NCBI GenBank assembly: GCA_945874145.1
Contig: CAMCFN010000004.1
Span: forward strand, 5,407-69,406
DNA: 64,000 nt
Direction: 5' to 3'
DNA from: Akkermansia muciniphila
GTDB taxonomy: Bacteria > Verrucomicrobiota > Verrucomicrobiia > Limisphaerales > SXTU01
Under the pieces are notes generated by a model. That model made no database searches and was not told the DNA's origin. It was given only the letters and a program-made list of their open reading frames with translations. Position 1 is the first letter of the stretch. Each line of letters opens with the position of its first letter. This document shows positions 44,702 to 54,671 of this stretch, piece by piece. A program made the translations under genes and the position numbers.

Positions 44702-46696
44702 CTAGTGATTAAACCGAAACTCTGTGCTGGTCAGGAGCGACCACACCACTTGCCGCACCGCTTCGGTCGGGCGGTCGCTGCGTTTGTCGAGGTAGTCAGC
44801 AAGCACTTGCAACTCTCGCGCTTCGGGCGGGCGGGAGAGGACGTTCCACACGGCGGCGGTGGCCAGTTCGCGGTTGTCCTTGAGGTCCAGCAGCCCTTTG
44901 AGCAGGCGGTCGTTCGAAAGAGCCAGCAGCTCGCGCTGGACGCGGTCGCTGTTGCTGAAGAGCAGCGCCTCGTCCACGCCCACTTGGAAATCATCGCCGG
45001 GGCGTTCGAGCGAGCTGGCCCAGCCCTGGCCGGCGCGCTCCACCTGCTCGATGAACTTCTCCCGCTCCTCCGGTTTCGCATCCGACTTGAAGGCGTCCGG
45101 GCTGGTGACGGCGAACTGCAACGACGCACCGACCTGCTGCGGCGTGAGCGCCCGCGGCTGCGCCACTGCGAAGAGTCCCGCGTCCGGTCGCGCGCCGTCC
45201 CACCGGCTGCTGCGCGCGTAGGCGGCGCTTTGCACCAGTCCGCGCACGAGCCGGCGCACGTCGTAATCGTGCTGCACCAGGTCGCGGGCGAGCCACTGGA
45301 GCAGCGCGGGATGGCTCGGCGCGTTCTGTCCGTGCATCTGGTCCACCGGCATCACCAGGCCGTGGCCGAAGAGGCGTTGCCAGACTTGGTTCACCACCGC
45401 GCGGGCGAAGAAGCCTTCATGGCCGGACTTCAGGCTGGCCTCGGCGAGCAGCGCGCGGCGGCTGAACTTGGGCGCGGGCATGGGCTGCTTGTTCTTCTTC
45501 GTTTCTTCGAGCAGCCGTTTCTCCTCCTTCTTCTGCGCCTCGTTCGGCTCGGGCGCGGGCGGTTCCTCGACCGCGTCGCCGCTCAGGAACATCAGGCGCG
45601 CCTGCTTGGTATCGCCCGCCGTGGTCTTGAAGCTGATGGTGCCGTAGTCGCGCTCGGCCACGAAGTCGCCGTGCTCGAACGTGCGGCTGAAGAAGGACTT
45701 CATGCCGTAGTAATGGTCCTGCTTCCACGCGGGCACGAGCGGGTGGTCGTGGCACTGGGCGCAACTGATGTTCACGCCGAAGAAGCGCACGCTCACGTCG
45801 GTGACCAGCTTGTCGAGGTCCTTGGCGCGCGAGCGGAGGAAGGCGTCCGCACCCTTCGTCTCCGGCGTGGCGGTGTCCCCGGTGATGACTTCCTTGAAGA
45901 CGCGATCCCAGCGGCGGCCTTCGGAAATGGCCCGCGTGAGGTAGTCGCGGAAGCCACTGCCCTGCCCCTCGGTCAGCAGCCACTCAAACTCCGTCACCTG
46001 ATGCCGCACGAAGCCGGGCGCGGCTACCAACCGCTCCACGAGCCGGGAGGCCTTGTCCGGCTCGGTGGCCACGACATACGCGCGCACTTCCGCCGTCGTC
46101 GGGATGCGACCGGCGAGGTCGAGCGTGAGGCGGCGGATGAAGTTCGCGTCGCTCGCGGCAGGCGCGGGCTTGACCTTGGTCTGCGTGAGTTTCGCGGCGA
46201 CGTAGTGGTCCACGACCTCATGAATCGGACGCGCGGCGGGGATCAGGTCTTTCTCGGCAACCGTATCCCACCAAGGCTTGGCATCCTTCGCAGCAGTGGC
46301 TGATACCTCGGGGAAAGGCGCGCCAGCCTTCACCCACTTCTCGAAATTGGCGATGACCTCGTCAGGCAGTTTCCCATCCGGCGGCATGAGCTGGTCCTTG
46401 TCCGGGTGGCGGAGGGACTTGAGCAGGAGGCTGTCATCGGGCTTCTGCGATGAGATGGCCGGGCCGGTTTCGCCGCCCTTGAGCAGACCCTCGCGATGGT
46501 CCAGGCGCAGGCCACCCTTGAGCTTCACGGCCTTGGCGGAATGGCACTTGTAGCAATGCTCGGCCAGCGCGGGGCGAATCTTCTCCTCGAAGAACGTCAC
46601 GGAGCCGGGCGGGCTGGCCGCCATGACGGCGGCACTGCCCGCCGTGAGTAACGTGGCCAAGACAGAGTGAAGGAGTTGTTGGCTGGAGCCGTGCAT
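44702..46696 (-). CDS. PSCyt (CxxCH) + DUF1549 + DUF1553 protein
   Basis: ATG 46696 (MHGSSQQLLHSVLATLLTAGSAAVMA signal). FFEEKIRPALAEHCYKCHS, RRLTLDLAGRIPT, ISCAQCHDHPL, C-terminus LLTSTEFRFNH. The track ORF to 47182 would overlap the GntR gene. Confidence 0.85.
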   Translation of the reverse strand: MHGSSQQLLHSVLATLLTAGSAAVMAASPPGSVTFFEEKIRPALAEHCYKCHSAKAVKLKGGLRLDHREGLLKGGETGPAISSQKPDDSLLLKSLRHPDKDQLMPPDGKLPDEVIANFEKWVKAGAPFPEVSATAAKDAKPWWDTVAEKDLIPAARPIHEVVDHYVAAKLTQTKVKPAPAASDANFIRRLTLDLAGRIPTTAEVRAYVVATEPDKASRLVERLVAAPGFVRHQVTEFEWLLTEGQGSGFRDYLTRAISEGRRWDRVFKEVITGDTATPETKGADAFLRSRAKDLDKLVTDVSVRFFGVNISCAQCHDHPLVPAWKQDHYYGMKSFFSRTFEHGDFVAERDYGTISFKTTAGDTKQARLMFLSGDAVEEPPAPEPNEAQKKEEKRLLEETKKNKQPMPAPKFSRRALLAEASLKSGHEGFFARAVVNQVWQRLFGHGLVMPVDQMHGQNAPSHPALLQWLARDLVQHDYDVRRLVRGLVQSAAYARSSRWDGARPDAGLFAVAQPRALTPQQVGASLQFAVTSPDAFKSDAKPEEREKFIEQVERAGQGWASSLERPGDDFQVGVDEALLFSNSDRVQRELLALSNDRLLKGLLDLKDNRELATAAVWNVLSRPPEARELQVLADYLDKRSDRPTEAVRQVVWSLLTSTEFRFNH

Positions 46697-46864
46697 GTGG
46701 ACAAACGCCCGCCTGACTGGAGGCGAGTTGGTGCCGATTTCAGCAATGCCGACTAGGGGCTTTGCACGGGTATTCAAGCGGGCGCCGGGTTGATCAGCGC
46801 TGGCAAAGGGACCCGTCCACTGCCAGTCGGGATACCGTCTCCGCAAAGCTCCGACAAAACCCGG

Positions 46865-46892
46865 TTGACAGCCAAAACTTGAGTGGTATGAC
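46865..46892 (+). promoter_or_regulatory. sigma70-like promoter candidate for the GntR gene
   Basis: TTGACA (46865-70), a 16-nt spacer ending in TGg (extended -10), then TATGAC (46887-92), 9 nt before the ATG. This would give a near-leaderless mRNA. GT-N3-AC (GGTATGACC) overlaps the -10. Confidence 0.3.
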
Positions 46893-46901
46893 CTCACACC
46901 A

Positions 46902-47618
46902 ATGACCCTTTCCGCCATCGCTCGGCCCGCCTCGCTGGTCGAGGACGTCTGCCAGCGGCTCGCCACGGAAATCCGCGCGGAGCGCAACGGCGGCGACGGC
47001 TGGCTGCCTCCTGAGCGCCAGCTCGCCGAGCAACTGGGCGTGAGCCGCACCGTCATCCGCGAAGCGACCAAGCGGCTGGAGTTGCAGGGGCTGATCGAGG
47101 TCCAGCACGGCATCGGCATCAAGGTGGTGGACAAGCTGCACAAGCCGCTCAACGGCTCGCTGGCCCTGCTGATTCCCGACACAGCGGACCGCCTGCGCCA
47201 GCTCGTCGAGGTGCGCCTGCTGGTGGAGCCGGAAGTGGCCCGCCTCGCCGCCGAGCGCGTGAAGCCAGTCGCCCTGCGAGCCTTGAAGCAAGTTCAAGCC
47301 CGGCTTGCCGCCGCCACGGACATGGAGGAGGCCATCGAGCTGGACCTTGAGTTTCATCGCCAACTCGCCCGCGCTTCCGGCAATGAAGTGCTGGTGTTGC
47401 TGCTGGAGTCGCTCGGCGACCTGGGCCGCAAGAGCCGCTCAGTGACGGTCTCCACCACGGGCATCGCGCGCGCCCACGAGCAGCATGAGGCCGTGTTGGC
47501 CGCCGTCGCGGCTGGCGATGCGGACCGTGCGCATGCAGCCATGCAGTTTCACATCCGCGAAGCGGCTGCGGACCTCGCCCGTCTGCTCAAGCAGCCCGCC
47601 GCCAAAGCCACCCGTTGA
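46902..47618 (+). CDS. GntR family transcriptional regulator (FadR/FCD subfamily)
   Basis: wHTH LPPERQLAEQLGVSRTVIREATKRLELQGLIEVQHGIGIKV plus a helical FCD-like C-domain. Confidence 0.9.
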   Translation: MTLSAIARPASLVEDVCQRLATEIRAERNGGDGWLPPERQLAEQLGVSRTVIREATKRLELQGLIEVQHGIGIKVVDKLHKPLNGSLALLIPDTADRLRQLVEVRLLVEPEVARLAAERVKPVALRALKQVQARLAAATDMEEAIELDLEFHRQLARASGNEVLVLLLESLGDLGRKSRSVTVSTTGIARAHEQHEAVLAAVAAGDADRAHAAMQFHIREAAADLARLLKQPAAKATR

Positions 47619-47622
47619 ACGC

Positions 47623-49122
47623 ATGAAGAACGATTCCCCCTTCCACCGCATCGCTCCCAGCCGCCCCCAGTCACGCCGCGAGTTCCTCTGGCAAAGCGGC
47701 GGCGGCCTCGGCGGCATTGCGCTGGCCGGCCTGCTCAGTCGCGCCGGTGCGCTCGCCGCGAATCCCCAGACCCCAGACGCCAGACCCCATTTCCCCGCCA
47801 AGGCCAAGCGTGTCGTCCAGCTCTTCATGGCCGGCGCGGCAAGTCATGTTGACCTCTTCGACTTCAAGCCCGAGCTGGTGAAGCGCGATGGGCAGGCCAG
47901 CGAGTTCGGCGAGTCGGTCGAGGCGTTTCAAAATGGGCTGGGGCCGTGGAAGAAGCCGGTGTGGGACTTCAAGCCCTACGGCCAGAGCGGCAAGATGTTG
48001 AGCGACGCAGTAGCCGATCTTGGGCACGTGGCGGACGAGCTGGCCTTTATCCACAACCTCGTCGGCAAGACCGGGGTCCACTCGCAGGCCACGTTCTTGC
48101 AGGCGACAGGCTTCAACCTGCCCGGCTTTCCCGGCATGGGCAGTTGGGTCAGCTATGGCCTCGGCACGGAGAACGAGAACCTCCCGACCTTCGTCGTGCT
48201 CCCCGACCATCGCGGCCTCGCCAGCAACGGCACGAAGAACTGGGATGCCGCCTTCCTCCCGCAGCAGCACAGCGGCACAGTGATTTATCCCGGAATGGAG
48301 ACACCGATTGCCGACCTGTTTCCTCACAAGAAGGGCGACTTCGTCACGCGCGACAGCGAGGCGGCCGGGCACGCGGTCATGGCGCGATTGAATCAGGTTC
48401 ATGCCGCGTCGCGCGCGGGCGACGACCGGCTGGAATCCCGCATCCGCAGCTACGAACTTGCCGCGCGGATGCAACTCGCCGCGCCCGAGGCGCTCGACAT
48501 CTCGAAGGAGCCCGACCACCTGCTGCGCGCCTATGGCATCAACAACACGCGCAAGGAATGGCCCAAGGAAATCAACGCCGAAGAAGAGGCCGACATTTTC
48601 GGGCGCAAGTGCCTTGTCGCCCGCCGGCTCTTGGAGCGCGGCGTGCGCTTCGTGCAAATCTGGAGCGGCAACGATAACGGCTTCCCGCGCCGCAACTGGG
48701 ATTCGCACGAGGACATTGAGCGTGATCACGGCCCGCTCGCGCGCGGCATGGCGCGCGGTGCCTCCGCCCTCATCCAAGACCTCAAGCAGCGCGGCCTGCT
48801 CGACGACACCATCATTCTCTGGACCACTGAGTTTGGCCGGATGCCCAGCACGCAGGGCGGCAAGGGCCGGGACCACAACCCGTTTGTGTTCACGAACTGG
48901 CTCTGCGGCGGTGGCATCAAGGGCGGGGTCACGCACGGGGAGAGCGACCAATGGGGTTACAAGCCGTTGAACCGCAACGCGCCCACAACCTGCTACGACA
49001 TCCACGCCACCATGCTGCATCTGCTGGGCATCCACCACGAACAGCTCACTTTCCGACACAACGGCATCGACCGCCGCCTCACCGACGTTCACGGCGAAAT
49101 CATCAAAGACTTATTGGCATGA
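47623..49122 (+). CDS. DUF1501 family protein with twin-arginine leader
   Basis: ATG 47623, 4 nt after the GntR stop. SRREFLWQSGGGLGGIALAGLLS. TEFGRMPSTQGGKGRDHN. The track ORF opens at 47485 inside GntR. Confidence 0.85.
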   Translation: MKNDSPFHRIAPSRPQSRREFLWQSGGGLGGIALAGLLSRAGALAANPQTPDARPHFPAKAKRVVQLFMAGAASHVDLFDFKPELVKRDGQASEFGESVEAFQNGLGPWKKPVWDFKPYGQSGKMLSDAVADLGHVADELAFIHNLVGKTGVHSQATFLQATGFNLPGFPGMGSWVSYGLGTENENLPTFVVLPDHRGLASNGTKNWDAAFLPQQHSGTVIYPGMETPIADLFPHKKGDFVTRDSEAAGHAVMARLNQVHAASRAGDDRLESRIRSYELAARMQLAAPEALDISKEPDHLLRAYGINNTRKEWPKEINAEEEADIFGRKCLVARRLLERGVRFVQIWSGNDNGFPRRNWDSHEDIERDHGPLARGMARGASALIQDLKQRGLLDDTIILWTTEFGRMPSTQGGKGRDHNPFVFTNWLCGGGIKGGVTHGESDQWGYKPLNRNAPTTCYDIHATMLHLLGIHHEQLTFRHNGIDRRLTDVHGEIIKDLLA

Positions 49123-50438
49123 AAACACCCTTCTCACTCGATTTACCATCGTGTGCGCTCCAGCTTGCGCTCCTCGCGCTGACATGGTCCGTCGCTTCCG
49201 GCAGCGCTCAGGATTTTCCTCTCTCGCCCGTCCAGGAGTGCCGCCCGCGCAACGGCCTGCCGAACTTCTTCGCGAAGGCGACCACCGCCGGGGCCGAGGT
49301 GAAAATCGCCTATCTTGGCGGCTCCATCACCGCACAGCCGGGCTGGCGCCCAAAAACGCTGGCGCACTTCCAGAAGACGTTTCCGACGGCGAAGTTCTCC
49401 GAAATCAACGCGGCCATCGGCGGCACCGGCTCGGACCTCGGCGTGTTCCGGCTCAAGCAAGACGTGTTGGATGCGAAGCCGGACCTGCTCTTCGTCGAGT
49501 TCGCCGTGAATGACGGCGGGGCGGAACCGCAGCAGATTTTTCGCTGCATGGAGGGCATCGTGCGGCAGACGTGGCGCACGCTGCCGCAGTGCGACATCGC
49601 GTTCGTTTACACCATCACCGAGCAGCTCTCGCCAGCGTTGCTGGAGGGTCGGTTTCCGCGCGCCGCCAGCGCGATGGAGAAGGTCGCCGACCACTACGGC
49701 ATCCCGACGATCCACATGTGCATGGAGGTCGCGCGGCTGGCGAAAGCTGGCAAGCTCGTATGGAAAGCACCGCTGCCCAAGACGCCGGAGGAGAAGGCCA
49801 AGCTCGGCGGCCAGTTCGTCTTCGCGCCGGACGGCGTGCATCCGCACATCGAGACGGGGCATGAGCTATATTTGCAGGCGGTGGTGCGGTCGTTGCCGGT
49901 GATGCGCGAGGCCTCGAAGTCCACGAGCGCGCACAAGCTGGGCACGCCATTCATCGCGACGAACTACGAGCACGCGAAGCTGTTGCCCATCAGCGAAGCG
50001 GTGCTCTCCAAAGACTTCACCCTGCTCGACGCGAAGACCGACGCCTTCGGCAAGCGCTGGGCGAATCGCATGACTTCGCTGCACAAAGGCTCGCAGCCGG
50101 GCGCGACGCTCACCTTCAAGTTCAAGGGCACGCGCTGCTCCATCTATGACATCATCGGCCCTGACTGCGGGCAGGTCATCGTCACGGTGGACAACCAGCC
50201 GCCGCGCACGGTGCCGCGCTTCGACAGCTACTGCACCTATCACCGGCTAGCGACCCTGGGGCTCGGCACCGAACTGCCGGACACGATCCACACCGTGAGA
50301 ATTGAGGTTCACCCCGAGCAGCCCGACAAGGCGAAGATTCTCGCCACACGCAACAACACGATGGACAAGCCGGAGCGCTACCACGGCACCGCCTTTTACC
50401 CCGGCGCAATTCTGCTCGTAGGGGAACTGGTCAAATAA
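49119..50438 (+). CDS. SGNH/GDSL-type hydrolase with extra C-terminal domain
   Basis: ATGA overlap with the DUF1501 stop, and a signal peptide. Blocks IAYLGGSIT, GGTGSDLG, EFAVNDG, DGVHPH. Confidence 0.75.
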   Translation: MKTPFSLDLPSCALQLALLALTWSVASGSAQDFPLSPVQECRPRNGLPNFFAKATTAGAEVKIAYLGGSITAQPGWRPKTLAHFQKTFPTAKFSEINAAIGGTGSDLGVFRLKQDVLDAKPDLLFVEFAVNDGGAEPQQIFRCMEGIVRQTWRTLPQCDIAFVYTITEQLSPALLEGRFPRAASAMEKVADHYGIPTIHMCMEVARLAKAGKLVWKAPLPKTPEEKAKLGGQFVFAPDGVHPHIETGHELYLQAVVRSLPVMREASKSTSAHKLGTPFIATNYEHAKLLPISEAVLSKDFTLLDAKTDAFGKRWANRMTSLHKGSQPGATLTFKFKGTRCSIYDIIGPDCGQVIVTVDNQPPRTVPRFDSYCTYHRLATLGLGTELPDTIHTVRIEVHPEQPDKAKILATRNNTMDKPERYHGTAFYPGAILLVGELVK

Positions 50439-50457
50439 GCGTCAAACTCCGACCTCG

Positions 50458-53214
50458 ATGCAACGCACCCTAGCAACGGCATTCGCGATCTGCGGCCTGG
50501 TTCTGGCCAGCGACGCAGCCGAGCACCGTGGCAAGGCACCGTCGGGCGACTGGTGGTCGCTGAAGCCGTTGGTGAAACCGGCCGTTCCTCAAATCGGCAA
50601 CCGGCAGGCGGCAAGCGCCAATCCCATTGACGCCTTCATCCTGGCCAGGCTCCGCGAGCAGAAGCTCACGCCCTCGCCCGCCGCCGACCGGGGCACGTTG
50701 ATTCGCCGGCTGACCTTCGATTTGCACGGTCTGCCGCCCACGCCGGAGGAGGTGGACCGGTTTGAGCAGGACGCCGCCGCGCAAGCGTATGAGCGACTGG
50801 TGGAGCGGCTGCTCGCCTCGCCACGCTACGGCGAGCGTTGGGCGCGGCACTGGCTGGACGTGGTTCACTACGGCGAGTCGAACGGCTTCGGCATGGACCG
50901 GCCAAGGCTGCAGGCGTGGCCATATCGGGACTACGTCATCGCCGCCTTGAACACCGACAAGCCCTACGCCCGTTTTGTGCAGGAGCAGCTCGCGGCGGAT
51001 GCGTTGTTCCCCGAGGACGCGGCGCTCGTGCCCGCGCTCGGCTTTGCGGCGGCGGGACCGTTCAACCAGAGCGCGCTCGTCGAGCAGGTGGACGGCACGG
51101 ACTGCAAGCGCATGGCGCTGAACCTCGACCGCGATGACATGGTCGCGAGCACGGCCAGCACGTTTCTCAGCCTCACGGTGCATTGCGCACGTTGTCATGA
51201 GCACAAGTTCGACCCGATTTCCCAGCAGGATTACTACCGGCTCCAAGCGGTCTTCGCGGGCGTGGGCCGCGCCGAACGGGCCTTCGATGCCGATCCCCAA
51301 GTTCGCACCCGGCGCGCCGGACTGCGCGGGCTCATCGCGGACTTGGAGAAAAATCCCGACGCCCACCCAGCGACCGCCGCCGAGCGCGACTCGCTCGCCA
51401 CCGCGCAGGCGGCGTGGGAAAAGTCCCTCGCCTCGCAGACGGTGAACTGGACTCTGCTGCCCGTGGAGCAAGTCACCTCCACGAACAGCACAACTACGTT
51501 CACCAAGCTGGATGACGGCTCGTGGCTGGCCGCCGGCACTGCGGCGGACAAGGATGTTTACACCGTGCGAGCGAGGGTCACCCTGCCCACAGTCACCGCC
51601 CTTCGGCTCGAAGTGCTCCCGGATGACCGCCTCCCGACTCGTGGTCCCGGTCGCCAGGACAATGGCAATCTGCACCTCTCGGAAATCCGCGTGAGTTTGG
51701 CGGGGACGAATGTGGCCGAGAAGCCGAAGTCGATTGCCCTGCGCAACGCCTCGGCGGATTTCAACCAGACGGGCTGGGGCATCGAGCGCGCCTTGGATGG
51801 CAAACCTGAGACGGCGTGGGGCATTCATCCGCAGGTTGGCAAGCTGCATCACGCGGTCTTTGAGTTGACCCAGCCGTCCGCTGCAACCAACGGGGTGACG
51901 CTGGTCATTCAACTGGATCAACTTCACGGCCAGCGGCATCTCATCGGGCGCTTCCGCCTGTCGGCCACCGACAAGCCCCTGCCTGTGCGGGCGCCCACGC
52001 TGCCGGTGGAGCTGCTCGCCAAGCTGGCCCGCCCGGACACCGAGCGCACCGAGGCGGAGCGCAAGCAGCTCTTCGACCTGCATCGCCTGGTGTTCTTGCG
52101 GGAACAGCTCGCGCAGCTTCCCGCCGAGCAGCGGGTCTGGGCCATCGCTGCGGACTTCGCCCCCCTGCGTAACTACAAGCCCACGAAGGAGCCGCTGCCC
52201 ATCGCGGTGCTGCACCGCGGCGACATCAAGCAGCCGCTGGCCACGGTCGGCCCCGGCGCGCTCGCAGCGGTGGGCACGCTGCCGGCGGAGTTTGCGCTCG
52301 CGAATGCGCAGGACGAATCCGCTCGCCGGGCCGCGCTGGCCCGCTGGATCACGGCCCCGGAGAACATGCTGACCTGGCGCAGCATCGTGAATCGCGTCTG
52401 GCACTGGCACTTCGGTCGCGGCCTGGTGGACACCCCGAACGACTTCGGCCGCATGGGTTCGCCGCCCACTCATCCGGAGCTGCTGGACTGGCTGGCCATC
52501 GAGTTTCGCGACAACGGCGGCACACTGAAGCAGTTGCACAAGCTCATCGTGACCAGCGCCACCTATCGGCAGATCTCCGCCACCGCCGAGGCAGGAAGGC
52601 GGAACCCTGGGATGCTCCCTGTCCGCCTTCAAACCTCGCCGGCTGCGACCGATTCGGACAACCGCTTCCTCTGGCGCATGAACCGTCCGCGCCTCGATGC
52701 GGAGGCCGTCCGCGACGCGCTGCTGGCCGCCAGCGGCAAGCTGAACCTCACGATGGGCGGTCCCTCGGCCATGCAGTTCAAGTTCGATGATCCGAACGTG
52801 AACGTCAGCCCGCGCGTGGACTACGCCGCCTTCGATCCCGACAGTCCGGCCAGCTACCGGCGCAGCGTGTATCGCTTCCTGTTTCGCAATTTGAACGATC
52901 CGCTGCTGGAAGCGCTGGACGCTGTGGACCCCTCGCTTTCCACGCCCAAGCGGAACTCGACCATCACGCCGCTTCAAGCGCTGTCGCTCTGGAACAACCG
53001 GTTCGTCCTGCGTCAGTGCGAGCACCTGGCCACGCGCGTCGAGCAGGAGGCGACCGGCCTCGAAGCCCAGATCACCCGCGCCTTCAGCCTGCTCTGCGCC
53101 CGCGCGCCATCGCGAGAGGAGATGGCACTGCTCACCGAGCACGCCCGCCGTCATGGTTTGGCCCACGCGTGCCGCGTGGTGGTGAACCTGAACGACTTCC
53201 TGTTTGTGAACTGA
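50458..53214 (+). CDS. DUF1549/DUF1553 (PSD1-type) protein
   Basis: [66 protein letters not shown] central beta-rich module reads ERALDGKPETAWGIHP. Confidence 0.85.
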   Translation: MQRTLATAFAICGLVLASDAAEHRGKAPSGDWWSLKPLVKPAVPQIGNRQAASANPIDAFILARLREQKLTPSPAADRGTLIRRLTFDLHGLPPTPEEVDRFEQDAAAQAYERLVERLLASPRYGERWARHWLDVVHYGESNGFGMDRPRLQAWPYRDYVIAALNTDKPYARFVQEQLAADALFPEDAALVPALGFAAAGPFNQSALVEQVDGTDCKRMALNLDRDDMVASTASTFLSLTVHCARCHEHKFDPISQQDYYRLQAVFAGVGRAERAFDADPQVRTRRAGLRGLIADLEKNPDAHPATAAERDSLATAQAAWEKSLASQTVNWTLLPVEQVTSTNSTTTFTKLDDGSWLAAGTAADKDVYTVRARVTLPTVTALRLEVLPDDRLPTRGPGRQDNGNLHLSEIRVSLAGTNVAEKPKSIALRNASADFNQTGWGIERALDGKPETAWGIHPQVGKLHHAVFELTQPSAATNGVTLVIQLDQLHGQRHLIGRFRLSATDKPLPVRAPTLPVELLAKLARPDTERTEAERKQLFDLHRLVFLREQLAQLPAEQRVWAIAADFAPLRNYKPTKEPLPIAVLHRGDIKQPLATVGPGALAAVGTLPAEFALANAQDESARRAALARWITAPENMLTWRSIVNRVWHWHFGRGLVDTPNDFGRMGSPPTHPELLDWLAIEFRDNGGTLKQLHKLIVTSATYRQISATAEAGRRNPGMLPVRLQTSPAATDSDNRFLWRMNRPRLDAEAVRDALLAASGKLNLTMGGPSAMQFKFDDPNVNVSPRVDYAAFDPDSPASYRRSVYRFLFRNLNDPLLEALDAVDPSLSTPKRNSTITPLQALSLWNNRFVLRQCEHLATRVEQEATGLEAQITRAFSLLCARAPSREEMALLTEHARRHGLAHACRVVVNLNDFLFVN
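50592..50626 (+). repeat. degenerate heptanucleotide array (AATCGGC AACCGGC AGGCGGC AAGCGCC AATCCCA) in frame
   Basis: Read directly. The paralog 54672 has only two units at the homologous site. The 21-nt difference equals exactly three units, and it sits after an identical 22-nt flank. Confidence 0.55.
52595..52630 (+). repeat. perfect 9-bp inverted repeat GAAGGCGGA...TCCGCCTTC (18-nt loop) inside the CDS
   Basis: Read directly. It lies in the same post-YRQ(S/I)S linker where the paralog 28647 carries the heptamer palindrome. Confidence 0.6.
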
Positions 53215-53220
53215 CGCGCC

Positions 53221-54651
<1,431 letters not shown>

Positions 54652-54671
54652 CCTTCAGACCACACCACTCG

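Noticed and set aside
46697-47182. Upstream extension of the PSCyt/DUF1549/1553 ORF (track start 47182)
   Set aside because: It would overlap the GntR gene by 280 nt on the opposite strand. A proper signal peptide starts at ATG 46696.
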